From contig CM119268.1 of assembly GCA_051294375.1 (NCBI GenBank), positions 107,437 to 171,436 on the forward strand: a stretch of DNA of 64,000 bases, read 5' to 3'. Position numbers and translations under genes: made by a program. This document shows positions 26,121 through 37,900 of this stretch, one piece after another. Positions within the stretch are counted from its first letter, which is position 1. Every line of letters begins with the position of its first letter. This stretch comes from Paraspadella gotoi. Taxonomy: Eukaryota > Animalia > Chaetognatha. The notes beneath the pieces are model-generated. The model did not search any database. It was not told where the DNA came from and was given only the letters and a program-made list of their open reading frames with translations.

Positions 26121-26190
26121 GTGCGAATATTCATTATAAATTATAATGCGAATATTCATTATAAATTATAATGAATATTCGCACATTATA
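26121..26190. repeat. Perfect 37-bp palindrome with a duplicated left arm
   Basis: TGCGAATATTCATTATAA-A-TTATAATGAATATTCGCA at 26147-26183, preceded by a 26-bp direct copy. Confidence 0.88.
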
Positions 26191-26485
26191 ATATAATGAA
26201 TGAAAGTTTTTCGATCTGGTAAAGGAGCAGTAAGCTTTTCTTCACAGACAGTACCATTGGGACACACTGTAGAAGCCTTGGTCATTGGGACACACTGTAC
26301 CTGCAGTTAGACAACCGTCTTTTTCCTCATCTTCTTTGTCGTTGTCGTTGTCGTCGTCGTCATTGTCGTCGTCGTCATTGTCGTCGTCGTCGTAGTTATC
26401 GTCGTTGTCGTAAACATTTTCGTCGTTGTTCTCGTCGTCGTCGAGAGTGAGAGAGAGAGAGAGGGAGACAGAGAGTGAAATAAAG

Positions 26486-26560
<75 letters not shown>

Positions 26561-27018
26561 TTATAATCATAAGGGTTCCAGTTGAGATTCAGATGGCATC
26601 TGTCTAGATTTAGGTGGCACCACTGGCAGTAGAATTAAGTGGCACCGAGAAATTGCGCTGCGTTTTGAATATTCATTTGCAGGTGGAAATGGAATGAAGT
26701 TTAAAATGAAAGGCCTTAGTGGAGTTTGTTATAATTAAAATCAGAAAGAACCGATAGGTTTGGCCAGCATGCACCGTTTCCTCATCATTTCTCCTCATCC
26801 TTCTCCCCCCTCCTCCCGGAGATCCAGGCTCGAGTCCAGGGTTTAGGTTTTTCATTCACACTTTTTCCTCTCTTTCTCTCTCACCGTCCCTCTCCCGTTC
26901 AGTCTCTGTTACCAATTTTTTTACCGCCGATTTAGCCGCTTACAATATATATTCCTTTCCCACCATTTTCCCCCATCTTACCTAGATTTCAGTCAGAATT
27001 ACCCGACCTTAGTTAGAG

Positions 27019-27072
27019 TGGCGCCCAATGTAGGGCTCGAACCCACGACCCCAGGATTAAGAGTCCCGTGCT
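27019..27072 (-). pseudogene. 5'-truncated tRNA-Lys(CTT) fragment with encoded CCA
   Basis: Minus strand AGCACGGGACTCTTAATCCTGGGGTCGTGGGTTCGAGCCCTACATTGGGCG-CCA closely matches the 3' two-thirds of metazoan tRNA-Lys-CTT; 5' acceptor strand and D arm are absent. Confidence 0.85.
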
Positions 27073-27167
27073 ATTGAGTAAAATATATAAAGAGGAAAAA
27101 GAGATAAGGAACAAAAAAATTTCTTTTTTCTGTTTTTGGTTAATCGGGATTAAATAAGAAAAAAACT

Positions 27168-27355
<188 letters not shown>

Positions 27356-27769
27356 AAGATTTTTTCATCAGATATTTCCAGTAATCTCTCACCCTTTTTT
27401 CCCTGAACGAATAGAAAACACATTTTTAGCTGAAATCCCAAAATTGGAATAAAATCGTGGGACAAAAAAGAAGGAAAAAAAATAAAGAAAAAGAGAAAAT
27501 GATGAGAAAAAAATGGAAAAAAATATTTTTTTTTAGATTTTACTTTTTTTCTTTTCCAAAAAATTTGGGAGGAATTTTTCTGACATTTCTGTCTGAGGAA
27601 AAATGAAAGATCGAGATTCAAGTCGAAGACATTTGTCAAAAAAAAATCTGGGATTTATCTCTGTCTCTCTCTATCTCTTTGTTCTATCTCTCTCTCTCTC
27701 TCTCTCGTTTTTCTCTTTCTCCCTCTCTCTCTTTCGTTGTCTCTGCTTTTTCGTCTCTCCGTTTAAACC

Positions 27770-27960
27770 TATTTAGGCGGATCTGCTTAATAATGCAGAT
27801 TCCGGTTCTATGATTTACTTTGTAGGTCTGTCGGTCTGTCGGTCTGTCAGTCTGTCGGTAGTGCCAATAGTTTGTTTGGTCAGACACTCAAATCATCTCA
27901 TGAAAAAAAATGATGTCTGTTTGTATATGGGTCCGTCCGTCCGTCCGTCCGCCCGTCCCC
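27770..27960 (+). mobile_element. Family-Y HINE 5' end fragment
   Basis: TTTAGGCGGATCTGC-ttaataat-GCAGATTCCGG hairpin followed by CTATGATTTACTTTG and GTCT/GTCC repeats. Confidence 0.5.
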
Positions 27961-28015
27961 GCCTATTAACTTTCAGCGTTAATTACTCAAGAGAGATCGG
28001 ACAATTGACTTGTAA

Positions 28016-28150
28016 GAGAGAGGCCATGTAAATCTCCATGCCAAAAGAGGCCACTTCAACGTCAATCTCCATGCCGAGAGAGGCCACTTCAACATCAATC
28101 TCCATGCCAAGAGACGCCACTTCAACGTCAATCTCCATGCCAAGAGAGGG
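28016..28150 (+). repeat. 33-bp minisatellite, about 4 copies
   Basis: GAGAGGCCACTTCAACGTCAATCTCCATGCCAA repeated. Confidence 0.9.
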
Positions 28151-28970
28151 CCGTTCACCGTTGAATTTGCCGTCGCTTATTGAAAACTGGTCATTTTCAA
28201 TCCAAACGAAATGAAATCTAACATAGATCAATGCCTTTTTGCAAACTGTTAGAAAATAAACTTATATTATTATTTTTCTCGTCATAATAAGTATTAACAA
28301 CATTTACTTTTTTAGTTTTTTTGTCAATATTAAATATATTGTGATGCCTCGCCTCTCTCTTTCTGTCAAGTCAAACACATTTGACCACTTGTTGTATTCC
28401 TGGTTGAAACCACCTTTTTAAGGTCAACTTAATTTTTAGTCTCGTTTACCGAAATGTGTCATTCGATATCATATATCGAATCATATAAGCGTCTGCCCAT
28501 TTTAACTAAAGTTTCTATGGGTTTAGTTAACAAAATATAATCATAGTAATTGACCAAAACACTTGTCGAATCTTTCGTACGAGCGACACCTCGAACGCGC
28601 GACCCTAGAAGCATAGAAAATAGTAAAACATTTTCTGCAATACCTTTAAGCTTATGATATAATTTTTGTCACTGTGTCCCCTTAAATTGCAATTTATTCT
28701 TTTTTTTTTCTACCAGAATCTTTCTCCCTCTCTCTTTTTAACTAGTGACGTCATCGCTTTGTCATTGTCATTCTCTGTCATTGTCATAGATTTGTCATAG
28801 TCATTCTCTATCATTGTCATTCTCTGCCATTTTCATTCTCGGCCATTGACATTCTCAGTCATTGTCATCGATTTGTCCTTGTCATCATTCCCTTTCAACC
28901 AATTGTTATCTCTTTTTCGTTGTGTTCCTTCATCTCCAAAGAAAAGACTTTTAATTAGGAAGCTTCTTCT

Positions 28971-29027
<57 letters not shown>

Positions 29028-29122
29028 TCGTCTTCAGTTCTGTCGTTTCTCGCTCAAGTCATATCTTTTCCTATAGGGGACATTTTCCGGGATGTCCTTG
29101 ATGCTCTCTCTCTCTCTCTCTG

Positions 29123-29157
<35 letters not shown>

Positions 29158-29201
29158 ATCCTCTCTCTCTCATTCGTCTTCTCTCTCTCGTTTATCTCTC
29201 T

Positions 29202-29235
<34 letters not shown>

Positions 29236-29405
29236 ATAAAATTCGCCTTCAATCGACTTTGAATGATTTTTATTTTTTTATTTTTTTGTCAAATTTTAGT
29301 TTCAACGATTTTTTAAAATTTTTTTTTGTTCTTCTAAAAGGAATTTTTTATCCGAACTTTCAGCAGCACATTTCTTCAATTTGGTGAGAAAAATGAGAAC
29401 GAGAG

Positions 29406-29446
<41 letters not shown>

Positions 29447-30362
29447 ACGGAGAGAGAGATGAGAGAGAGAGAGAGAGAGTGAGAGAGAGAAAGAGAGACC
29501 AAATTTACAATACAATACAATAGTCGATGAATTTATTAAAACTTCAACGAGACAAAAAGGATGACTGTAAATGTAATTCTTACTTCAAATTATTTTTTGT
29601 TGTGATTCTTTCTTTTTCGTTGTGTTTGTGTTTAAGGAATAACAGATTTTTAATAACAGCATTTGCTGATGAAGACTCTCAACCACAGAGTCGAAACATG
29701 TCCCTATGAAATAAAAATTCGTTGTTAGACATTAAAAATCTGTTATTCCTTAAATTATTTTTTAAAATGTTTTCAGACTTAACTACAAGAGTCAAAAATC
29801 GCGCCTTCTACAATTAAAGTTAATTTTAATGTTCAAAAATAAACAAAAGTCATATTTGATCTTAATCTTAATCGCATGAATTTATTTCTAAGGTTCTAAA
29901 GAAAGTTTCTAAACTATCTCTCGTCAAAGCATTCACTATCACTAATCACTATCTCTATCACAATTCACTATATCTTCGCCACATATATATCACTAATCGC
30001 TATCTCTATCAGTACTCAAACAGACGGACACACGCACACGTAAACTTTCCCACATTATGAATCTAGATAAAACACAGGTTTCTCAATTTTTCGTTCGGGA
30101 TAATAAATTATTAAACAAGTTTTAAATATTTCTGAAGACACTCTAAATGTTTTTTTGACTTTGAGATTGTTTGTTTGTTTAGGAAAGAAAAAAGATAAAA
30201 AAAGGGAAGAATATAAACAAGTTTGAGCATACAATTTTGGATCTGCCTACGATAATTTAGCGGTGAGCAGAGAATAAGTCATGATGAGTCTTTTAATTTG
30301 TAATCATCACATTTTACAACTGAACATAACATAAAACTAAAATTTACTTGCCAGCAAAATTA

Positions 30363-31150
30363 TTTTTAGTCGGAACTGCTTATCAGTAGATCCCGACTCT
30401 ATAATTCACTTAGTCGGTCCGCCGTAGATCATAACATTATGAATCATAACAGATTTATCAATAAATCAATTAAAAAATAATCAATCAATCATTTAACCAA
30501 ATTAACAATCATTAATTCAATCAATTAATCAATCAATCAGAGAGATAGAGAGAGAGAGAAACGTTTAAAATATTCAAATAAATGGATTTTTTGGTTTTCC
30601 AATTTAACCTTTTTTCCACTCCTACATTTAAAATATTCAAATAAATGGATTTTTTGGTTTTCCAAATTAACCTTTTTTCCACTCCTACGTTTAAAATTTT
30701 CAAATAAATGGATTTTTTGGTTTTCCAATTTAACCTTTTTTCCACTCCTACGTTTAAAATATTCAAATAAATGGATTTTTTGGTTTTCCAATTTTTAAAA
30801 CCTTTTTTCCACTCCTACGATTCCATCAAAAATTTATATTTCGCTTAATCACTTAATTTCCTACCCATTCACAAAATCCCATTATAATTTATATATCCAA
30901 TTGTTAATGAATAATTAGTAGTATTATTATTAATAAAAATTAATTTAATTATGAGTAAATATAAGTAAAAAAAATAAAAGTAAATGTGACTATAGTTTTT
31001 TCCATTTAAACTCGTTTCCACTAGTCCAACTCATGTTCTGATATGATAAAATGATTTACCGACAAGATTTGGGGTTGGGACCGACGGACCGACAAAGTGA
31101 ATTATAGAGGCTCGAATCTGGCCTGATCAAGCATAAGATCCGACTTAAAA
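30363..31150. mobile_element. Two opposed family-Y HINE ends with internal repeats
   Basis: Left: TTTTTAGTCGGAACTGCT-TATC-AGTAGATCCCGACTCTATAATTCACTTAGTCGGTCC (+). Right: GACCGACAAAGTGAATTATAGAG...AGATCCGACTTAAAA (-). Internal blocks match 22375-22660. Confidence 0.55.
30561..30820 (+). repeat. 63-bp tandem repeat, 4 copies
   Basis: Units start at 30561, 30624, 30687, 30750. Confidence 0.92.
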
Positions 31151-31165
31151 CCTTTGCGAGCGAGC

Positions 31166-31273
<108 letters not shown>

Positions 31274-31429
31274 TATTTCCTGTTTGACCTTCGAATTCCC
31301 AGCAGGGACAAAAAAGAAAGAAAATAAATAAAGAAAAAAATTTATGGAATGAATATTGGATTTGAATATTTCAATTTTCACACAACGCAGCTGGTATTTT
31401 TTATTGTTGTTGAATTTTGTTTCATTTTA

Positions 31430-31662
31430 ATTTCGCGAGAAAAAGTTTTATTTTCATAAAATTCAATTTGTATTGACGCTCGTGGCGGCGGCGGGTGGGC
31501 GTGGCCGTAGAGGGAAAAAAGGCTCGACGTCCGCCGGCCGTGGATTCGATATCTGCGTCTTACTTTGCCCCGTTTCTAGAGAGAGAGAAAGCGACGACGA
31601 TCATGAAGACGAAGAAGAAACGTGAAACCGGGAATGAATATCCGAATTATTTTGTACGTAAG
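31430..31662 (+). promoter_or_regulatory. CpG-rich promoter-like patch with possible first coding exon (31603-31657)
   Basis: TTTCGCGAGA, GC box GGGTGGGCGTGGCC, then ATG...MKTKKKRETGNEYPNYFV followed by GTAAG. Confidence 0.3.
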
Positions 31663-31987
31663 GAATCGATTATGAGTCAGGGGAAGTTGCCTCCGACGTC
31701 GTTTGTTTATAACTGTTTATATATTAATAAACTTTTTTATGATTTCATAGACTTAATTATAAACTGTTTTAACCTCGAATTTGTAATAAACAAACTACAT
31801 TTGAAACCAGATAGTCGAGGCAGCTCAAACACCATTCTTCTTATAATAAATTCAATCAAATATAGATTTCGTTTAATAGGAATTTTGATTAAAAAAGTAT
31901 TTATATTTTTTATAAATCAAAATAAACCTTAGACTCAATAATTGAAACCGAAAAAAATATAACTTAAATCTTTTTGGATCCGAAAAA

Positions 31988-32047
31988 AAATATGTCATCG
32001 ACCCAAAATATGTCATCGACCCAAAATATGTCATCGACCCAAAATAT
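31988..32047 (+). repeat. 18-bp repeat, 3 copies
   Basis: AAATATGTCATCGACCCA x3. Confidence 0.85.
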
Positions 32048-32249
32048 CCTTCGCTCTCAACGAAGTTTGCTCTCCCTCTGTCTCTCTCTCTCTCCCACCT
32101 CCCAAAATTTCTTGACGATTGAGAGAAAAAAAAACACTTTTTTCATTGCGTCAATGGAATTTGCAATCCGCGTCTCTCTGTCTGTCTGTCTGTCCTCTAT
32201 GAACTATACGATCGACAACGATTATGTATCCCTTGAGGGTTTGAGGGTT

Positions 32250-32372
32250 TCCAAGGCCCCCGAGGCGGTTTACGGCCGTCCTCATGCTTTCCACAGGGTT
32301 GGTACAATTGGGCATCGATCGCGGGACCTTCAGATCATAAGCCAATAATATTACTTTATGAGCCAGAGACAT
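32250..32372 (-). mobile_element. Second, diverged copy of the tRNA-Met-like SINE
   Basis: Minus strand TGGCTCATAAAG...CTTATGATCTGAAGGTCCCGCGATCGATGCCC resembles elongator tRNA-Met CTCATAATCTGAAGGTCGTGAGTTCGATCC; body CCCTGTGGAAAG...GTAAAC aligns with the 20.7-kb copy. Confidence 0.5.
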
Positions 32373-32647
32373 CAGGCGTGGTGCATCTGTTGCAATGCTC
32401 TACTATAAGATGATGACAGCGACGACGACGACGAAAACGACGACGATGATGTCAAAAACGACGATGATGACAACGACAGCGACGACGACGACGATAACAA
32501 CGACGACGGAAACGACGACGACGACGACAACCTTCCACTCTGATGGTCTTTGCGGAAAAAAAAGGTCGGGATTTAAAAACCAATTTCGCGGTGGAAAGTC
32601 AAAGGATCCGAATCCAAATTGGAAGGAAATGTGGGGAGTGTAGTCAA

Positions 32648-35600
32648 GATGAGAGGGGTGTTGAAAGGGGTCGTGGTGAAGTGAGGGGTGTTGAAGGCGG
32701 ACGTTGATGAAGTGAGAGGGTGTTGAAGGGGTCGTGGTGACAGTGAGAGGGTGTTGAAGGGGTCGTGGTGAAGTGAGAGGGGTGTGAAGGGGTCGTGTGG
32801 AAGTGAGAGGGTGTTGAAGGGGTCGTGGTGAAGTGAGAGGTGTTGAAGGGGTCGTGTGAAGTGGAAGGGTGTTGAAGGGGGTGTGGTGAAGTGAGAGGGT
32901 GTTGAAGGGTCGTGCTGGTGAGAGTGAGAAGGGGTGTTGAAGGGGTCGTGGTGAAGTGAGGATGGGTGTTGAAAGGGGTCGTGGTGAAGTGAGAGGGTTT
33001 GAAGGGGACGTGTGAAGTGAGAGAGGTGTTGAAGGGGGGGGTCGTGGTGAAGTGAGAGGGTGTTGAAGGGTTGTGGTGAAGTGAGAGGGGTGTTTGAAGG
33101 GTCGTGGTGAAGTGAGAGGTGTTGAAGGGGTCGTGATGAGTGAGAGGGGTGTGAAGGGGTCGTGGTGAAGTGAGAGGGTGTTGAAGGGGTCGTGTGTGAA
33201 GTGAGAGGGGTGTTGAAGGGTCGTCGGTGAAGTGAGAGGGGGTGTTGAAGGGGTCAGGGTGAAAGGAGAGGTGTAAGGGGTCTGTGAAGTGAGAGGGGTG
33301 TTGAAGGGTCGTGGTGTGAAGTGAGAGGGGTGTTGAAGGGTCTGTTAAGTGAGAGGGGTGTTGAAGGGGTCGTGGTGAAGTGAGAGGGGTGTTGAAGGGG
33401 ACGTGTGAAGTGAGAGAGGTGTGAAGGGTCGTGGTGAAGTAGAGGGGTGTTGGAAGGTCGTGGTGAAAGGTTAAGGGGTGTTGAAGGGGACGTGATGAAG
33501 TGAGAGGGTGTTGAAGGCGTGGTGAAGTGAGAGGTGGGTTGAAGGGTCGTGTGAAGTAAGAGGGGTGTTGAAGGGGTCGTGGTGAATGAGAGGGTGTTGA
33601 AGGGGTCTGTGAAGTGAGAGGGTGTTGAAGGGCGTGTGAAGTGAGAGGGTGTTGAAGGGGTCGTGGTGAAGTGAGAGGGTGTTGAAAGGGTCCGTGGTGA
33701 AGTGAGAGGGGTGTTGAAGGGGTCGTGGTGAAGTGAGAGGGTGTTTGAAGGGGTCGTGGTGAAGTGAGAGGGGTGTTGAAGGGGTCGTGGTGAAGTGAGG
33801 GGGTGTTGAAGGTCGTGTGAAGTGAGAGGGTGTTGAAGGGGTCGTGGTGAAGTGAGAGGGGTGTTGAAGGGGTCGTGGTGAAGTGAGAGGGGTGTTGAAG
33901 GGTCGTGGTGAGGTTGAGGGTGTGTTGAAGGACCGTGATGAAGTGAGAGAGGTGTTGAAGGTCGTGGTGAAGTGAGAGGGATGTTGAAGGGTCGTGGTGG
34001 TGAAGTGAGAGGGTGTTGAAGGGTTCGTGATGAAGTAGGAGGGTGTTAAGGTGTCGTGGTGAAGTGAGAGGGGTGTTGAAGGGTCGTTGGTGAAGTGAGA
34101 GGGGTGTTGAAGGGGACGTGGATGAAGTGAGAGAGGTGTTGAAGGGTCGTGGTGAAGTGAGAGGGGTGTTGAGGGGACGTGATGAGTGAGAGAGGTGTTG
34201 AAGGTGGCGTGGTGAAGTGAGAAGTGGTGTTGAAGGGGTCGTGGTGAAGTGAGAGGGGTTGAAGGACGTGATGAAGGGAGAGGTGTTGAAGGTCGGGGTG
34301 TAAGTGAGAGGGGGTTGAAGGGGTCGTTGATGAAGTAGAGGGGTGTTGAAGGGGTCGTGGTAAGTGAGAGGGGTGTTGAAGGGCGTCGTGGTTAAGTAGA
34401 GGGGTGTTGAAGGGGTCGTGATGAAGTGAGAGGGGTGTTGAAGGGGTCGTGGTGAAGTGAGAGGGTGTTGAAGGGTCGTGTGAAGTAGAGGGGTGTTGAA
34501 GGGTCGTGGTGAAGTGAAGGGGTGTTTGAAGGGGTGTCGTGGTGAAGTGAGAGGGGTGTTGAAGGGGTCGTGGTGAAGTAGAGGGGTGTTGAAGGGTCGT
34601 GGTGAAGTGAGGGGTGTTAAGGCGGTCGTGGTGAAGTAGAGGATGGTGTTGAAGGGTCGTGATGAAGTTGAGAGGGTGTTGAAGGGGTCGTGGTAGAAGT
34701 GAGAGGTGTTAAGGGGTGCGTGAGTGAAGTGAGAGGGGTGTTGAAGGGTCGTGAGGTAAGTGAGAGGGGTGTTGAAGGGGTGCGTTGAGTGAAGTAAGAG
34801 GGACGTTGTTTGAGGGGTCCGTGATGAAGTGAGAGGGTGTTGAAGGGATCGTGGTTGAAGTGAGAGGCGGTGTTGAAGGGGTCCGGATAGTTGGAGGTTC
34901 GATCGCGTCGTGTGAAGTGGAGGTGTTGAGAGCGTTGGGTCTGAAGTAGCGCGATCTACTGGAGAACGTCGTAAAGAGGTGGGTGAAGTGTTCACGAGGG
35001 TACGTTATGTCAAGACGAGGAAGTGCGGGGCCGTGCGTCGAAAGCTGAGAGATTGTTGAGATTGAGGCTGTCCGTGGTCACATGCGAGATGCAGGTAGTT
35101 GAACGGGTCGTGGGAAGTTCGAGAGGGGTGTTGAAGGGGTCGTCGTGATGAAGTCGACGAGAGGTGTACATGAAGCTGGTCGTGTGTGAGGCGGGTTGAA
35201 GGCGTCGTGATGCAAGTGTAGGAGGGGTTGCTTCGGAAGGGACTCGTAAATGACAGGGTGAGATTGACGGTGTGTGAACAGTGCCCGGTCGTTAAGGGTC
35301 TGAGTGCTGAGAGGTTGAAGGTCGTGTGAAGGAGAGGCGTGTTCTGAAGTCGGACAGGCTGTTCCGGGACGTGATCAAGTGATGTGTCGGTGTTGATAAC
35401 GGACGTTCCGTGGTGAAGTGAGAGGCGGTTCGGTCTGTAGGTCGGTGTTATGGAAACGTGAATTGAAGGGACGTGTTGAAGGGGTGTTCGAGTGAGAGAT
35501 GTGAAGCGGCGGTAACGTTGAACGGGTGTTGACGGTCGTGCAGTCAGAAAGTGAGAGAGGTGCTTGAGAGGTGTCCGTGTGGAAGTGGAAGGGCTGTGAG

Positions 35601-37900
35601 GTGTTGAAGTGAAGTGGGGTGGCGGCAGTGTGAAGTGAGAGGGTGTTGAAGGGGATCGTGTAAGTGAGAGGGGGTTTGAAGGGACTGTCGCAATGAAATG
35701 GAGGCCGTGGTGAAAGTGAGAGGTGTGAAGGCGGAAGTGAACGTGTTGAAGGGGACGTGGATGAAGTGAGAGAGGTGTTAAGGGGGTCGTTGGTGAAGTG
35801 AGGGCGTGTACCTGAAGGGCACCCTCCGTGGATGAAAAGCTGGGACGAGCACCAGAGATGTTAAGGCCGGATCGTGGTCGAAGTAAAAAGGCCCACGGTT
35901 GCTTGAAGCCAGGGGAGTGATGAAAGTGAGAGACAGGTGTTTGAAGGCCCGGGGTCGGGCTAGAACGTGAGACGGCCGTGGCACAATTCGAGCAAGGTGA
36001 GGCTCACTTGTGAAGTGAGAGGAGGTGTTGAAAGGGTCTGGGTGAATGTAGATCGAGGCGCGGTGTCTAGTAAGGAGTACCGTGAGTATGGAAGTTAGAG
36101 GGTGTGAAAGGGGTCAGTGGTGAAGTGTTTCGAGGAACTGGGGCTGTTGAAGGCTCCGATGTCTCGATGAGCCGGTTGAGTAAAGAGTGCTCGACTTGAA
36201 TTGGGGTCGTGGTGCAGTGTACGAGGGAGTGTTGAACGGGACCGTGTATGAAGTGAGAGAGGTGTGAAGGTTCACGTGGTGAAGTGATGAGGGGTGTTTG
36301 AACGGTGTAACATCGTAGGTAAAGTGACGACGGAGAGTGCTTGACTAGGCGGTCCCGGGAACTCGCGACCAAAGTCCTGACTAACAGGTGAAGGAGAGGG
36401 TTTTGAAGGGTCCTGTGAATGTGCACGAGGGGTGTTGAACGGCCAAAGTCGGTGGTGAACAGTGACGCAGAGGTGTTGTGAAGGAGGTCGTGCGATGAAG
36501 TGAAGAGAGGTGTTAGAGAGGGTCCGCAGTTGTGCAAGCTCGGAGTAATAGGGTGCTCTCCAAACACTGGCGCCGGACCTTGGACAGTCCTCCATTAGAA
36601 CAGTAGCGAGAGATCAGGGATAGCGCATCTGCACACAACGGCGTCGACTGTGACTGTGAGTCCTGGTATAGCTGAATGCTGAAAACGGGAGAACGTCGTG
36701 AAATCGTGGGAAGTGAGAGACGGTGTTGATATCGACTCAAACAGGTCGCTTAAGTCGAAAGTTAAGCAGGGGCGTGTTGAAGGATAGAACATGATGAACC
36801 ACGTCCGCTAGAGAAGGAGCGAAGGTACAGTGCGCACATAAGGGCGACGTTGATGACAGTGAGCAGGGTGATTCGAATAGGAAGGTCGTGGCTGATAGTT
36901 CGAAACGGCAGCACGGCCCCTTCACCTACTTACACCACACCTCACAGAGAGGGTCGCATGTCAAAGCATGCGCAGCAGAAAGAACCGCGTGAGGTGATAT
37001 AGTGAGATGAGGTCCTGCCTTCGAACTATCCTAACAGACATAAATGATGACGAACCGGTCGGTCGTTGATGACAGTAAAGAGGGGTGTGTGAAGGGGTCG
37101 TGAGTGAATGAGAGGGGTGTTGAAGGCGGTACGTGATGAAGTGAGAGGGGTGTGGAGTGTAAGTAAGGGGATGTTGAGCGTGGATGAAGTCGAGGAGGGT
37201 GTTTGAAGGGGTCGTGATGAAGTAAGAGGGGTGTTGAAGGGTCGTGGTTGAAGTGAGAGGGGTCGGTTGAAGAGACGGACGTGATGAAGTGAGAGAGTGT
37301 TTGAAGGGCGTGTGAAGTGATGAGGAGGTGTTGAAGGGTCGTGATGAAGTAAGAGGGGGTTTGACTTCGAAGGGGTCGGGAGTGAAAGGACGAGGGCGTT
37401 ATATGAAGCGTGGTCTGAAGTGACAGCTGAGAGGGGTGTTGAAGGAGTCGCTTGTAAGTGGAGGAGAAGGGGTAGTGTAGTAAGAGGGGGCTTGACGTGG
37501 TAGAACGTGAGAGGGGAGTGTTGAAGGGGACGTGGTGAGTGAGAAGGTTGGACTGAAGGGGTCACGCGTTGAATGAAGTCGAGAGGGTGTTGAAGCGGTG
37601 GTAACGTGAGTTGAAGGGAGTAATCGAGAGAGGTGTTAGAAAGGGGTCGTGCAAGTGAAGAGAGGGCCTGTTGCAAAGAGCGCACCACGATGACGTTGAG
37701 AGGTGCGAAGGGGCGGTGAATGGGTGAAGGCGGGGAGGGTTAGGCACTGATGGTGAGAGAGGTTGAAGGGTCGTAAGGATTTCGAGGGTCGGGTATGAGA
37801 GGTGTATGACAACCGATGACCAGTCAGCAGGGGGCTAAAGGCGACACTAGAAGAAGGGCCGAAGTCTAGACAAACCGATAATCGCCAGGGTGTCAAGGGC
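32648..37900 (+). repeat. G-rich 31-bp satellite (GTGAGAGGGGTGTTGAAGGGGTCGTGGTGAA)n; distal part highly degraded/noisy
   Basis: Tandem unit read directly; clean to about 34850, then error-rich. Confidence 0.95.

Noticed and set aside
27019-27072. Functional tRNA-Lys gene (likewise tRNA-Leu at 45015)
   Set aside because: 5' acceptor strand and D arm/A box are missing, so no cloverleaf can form.
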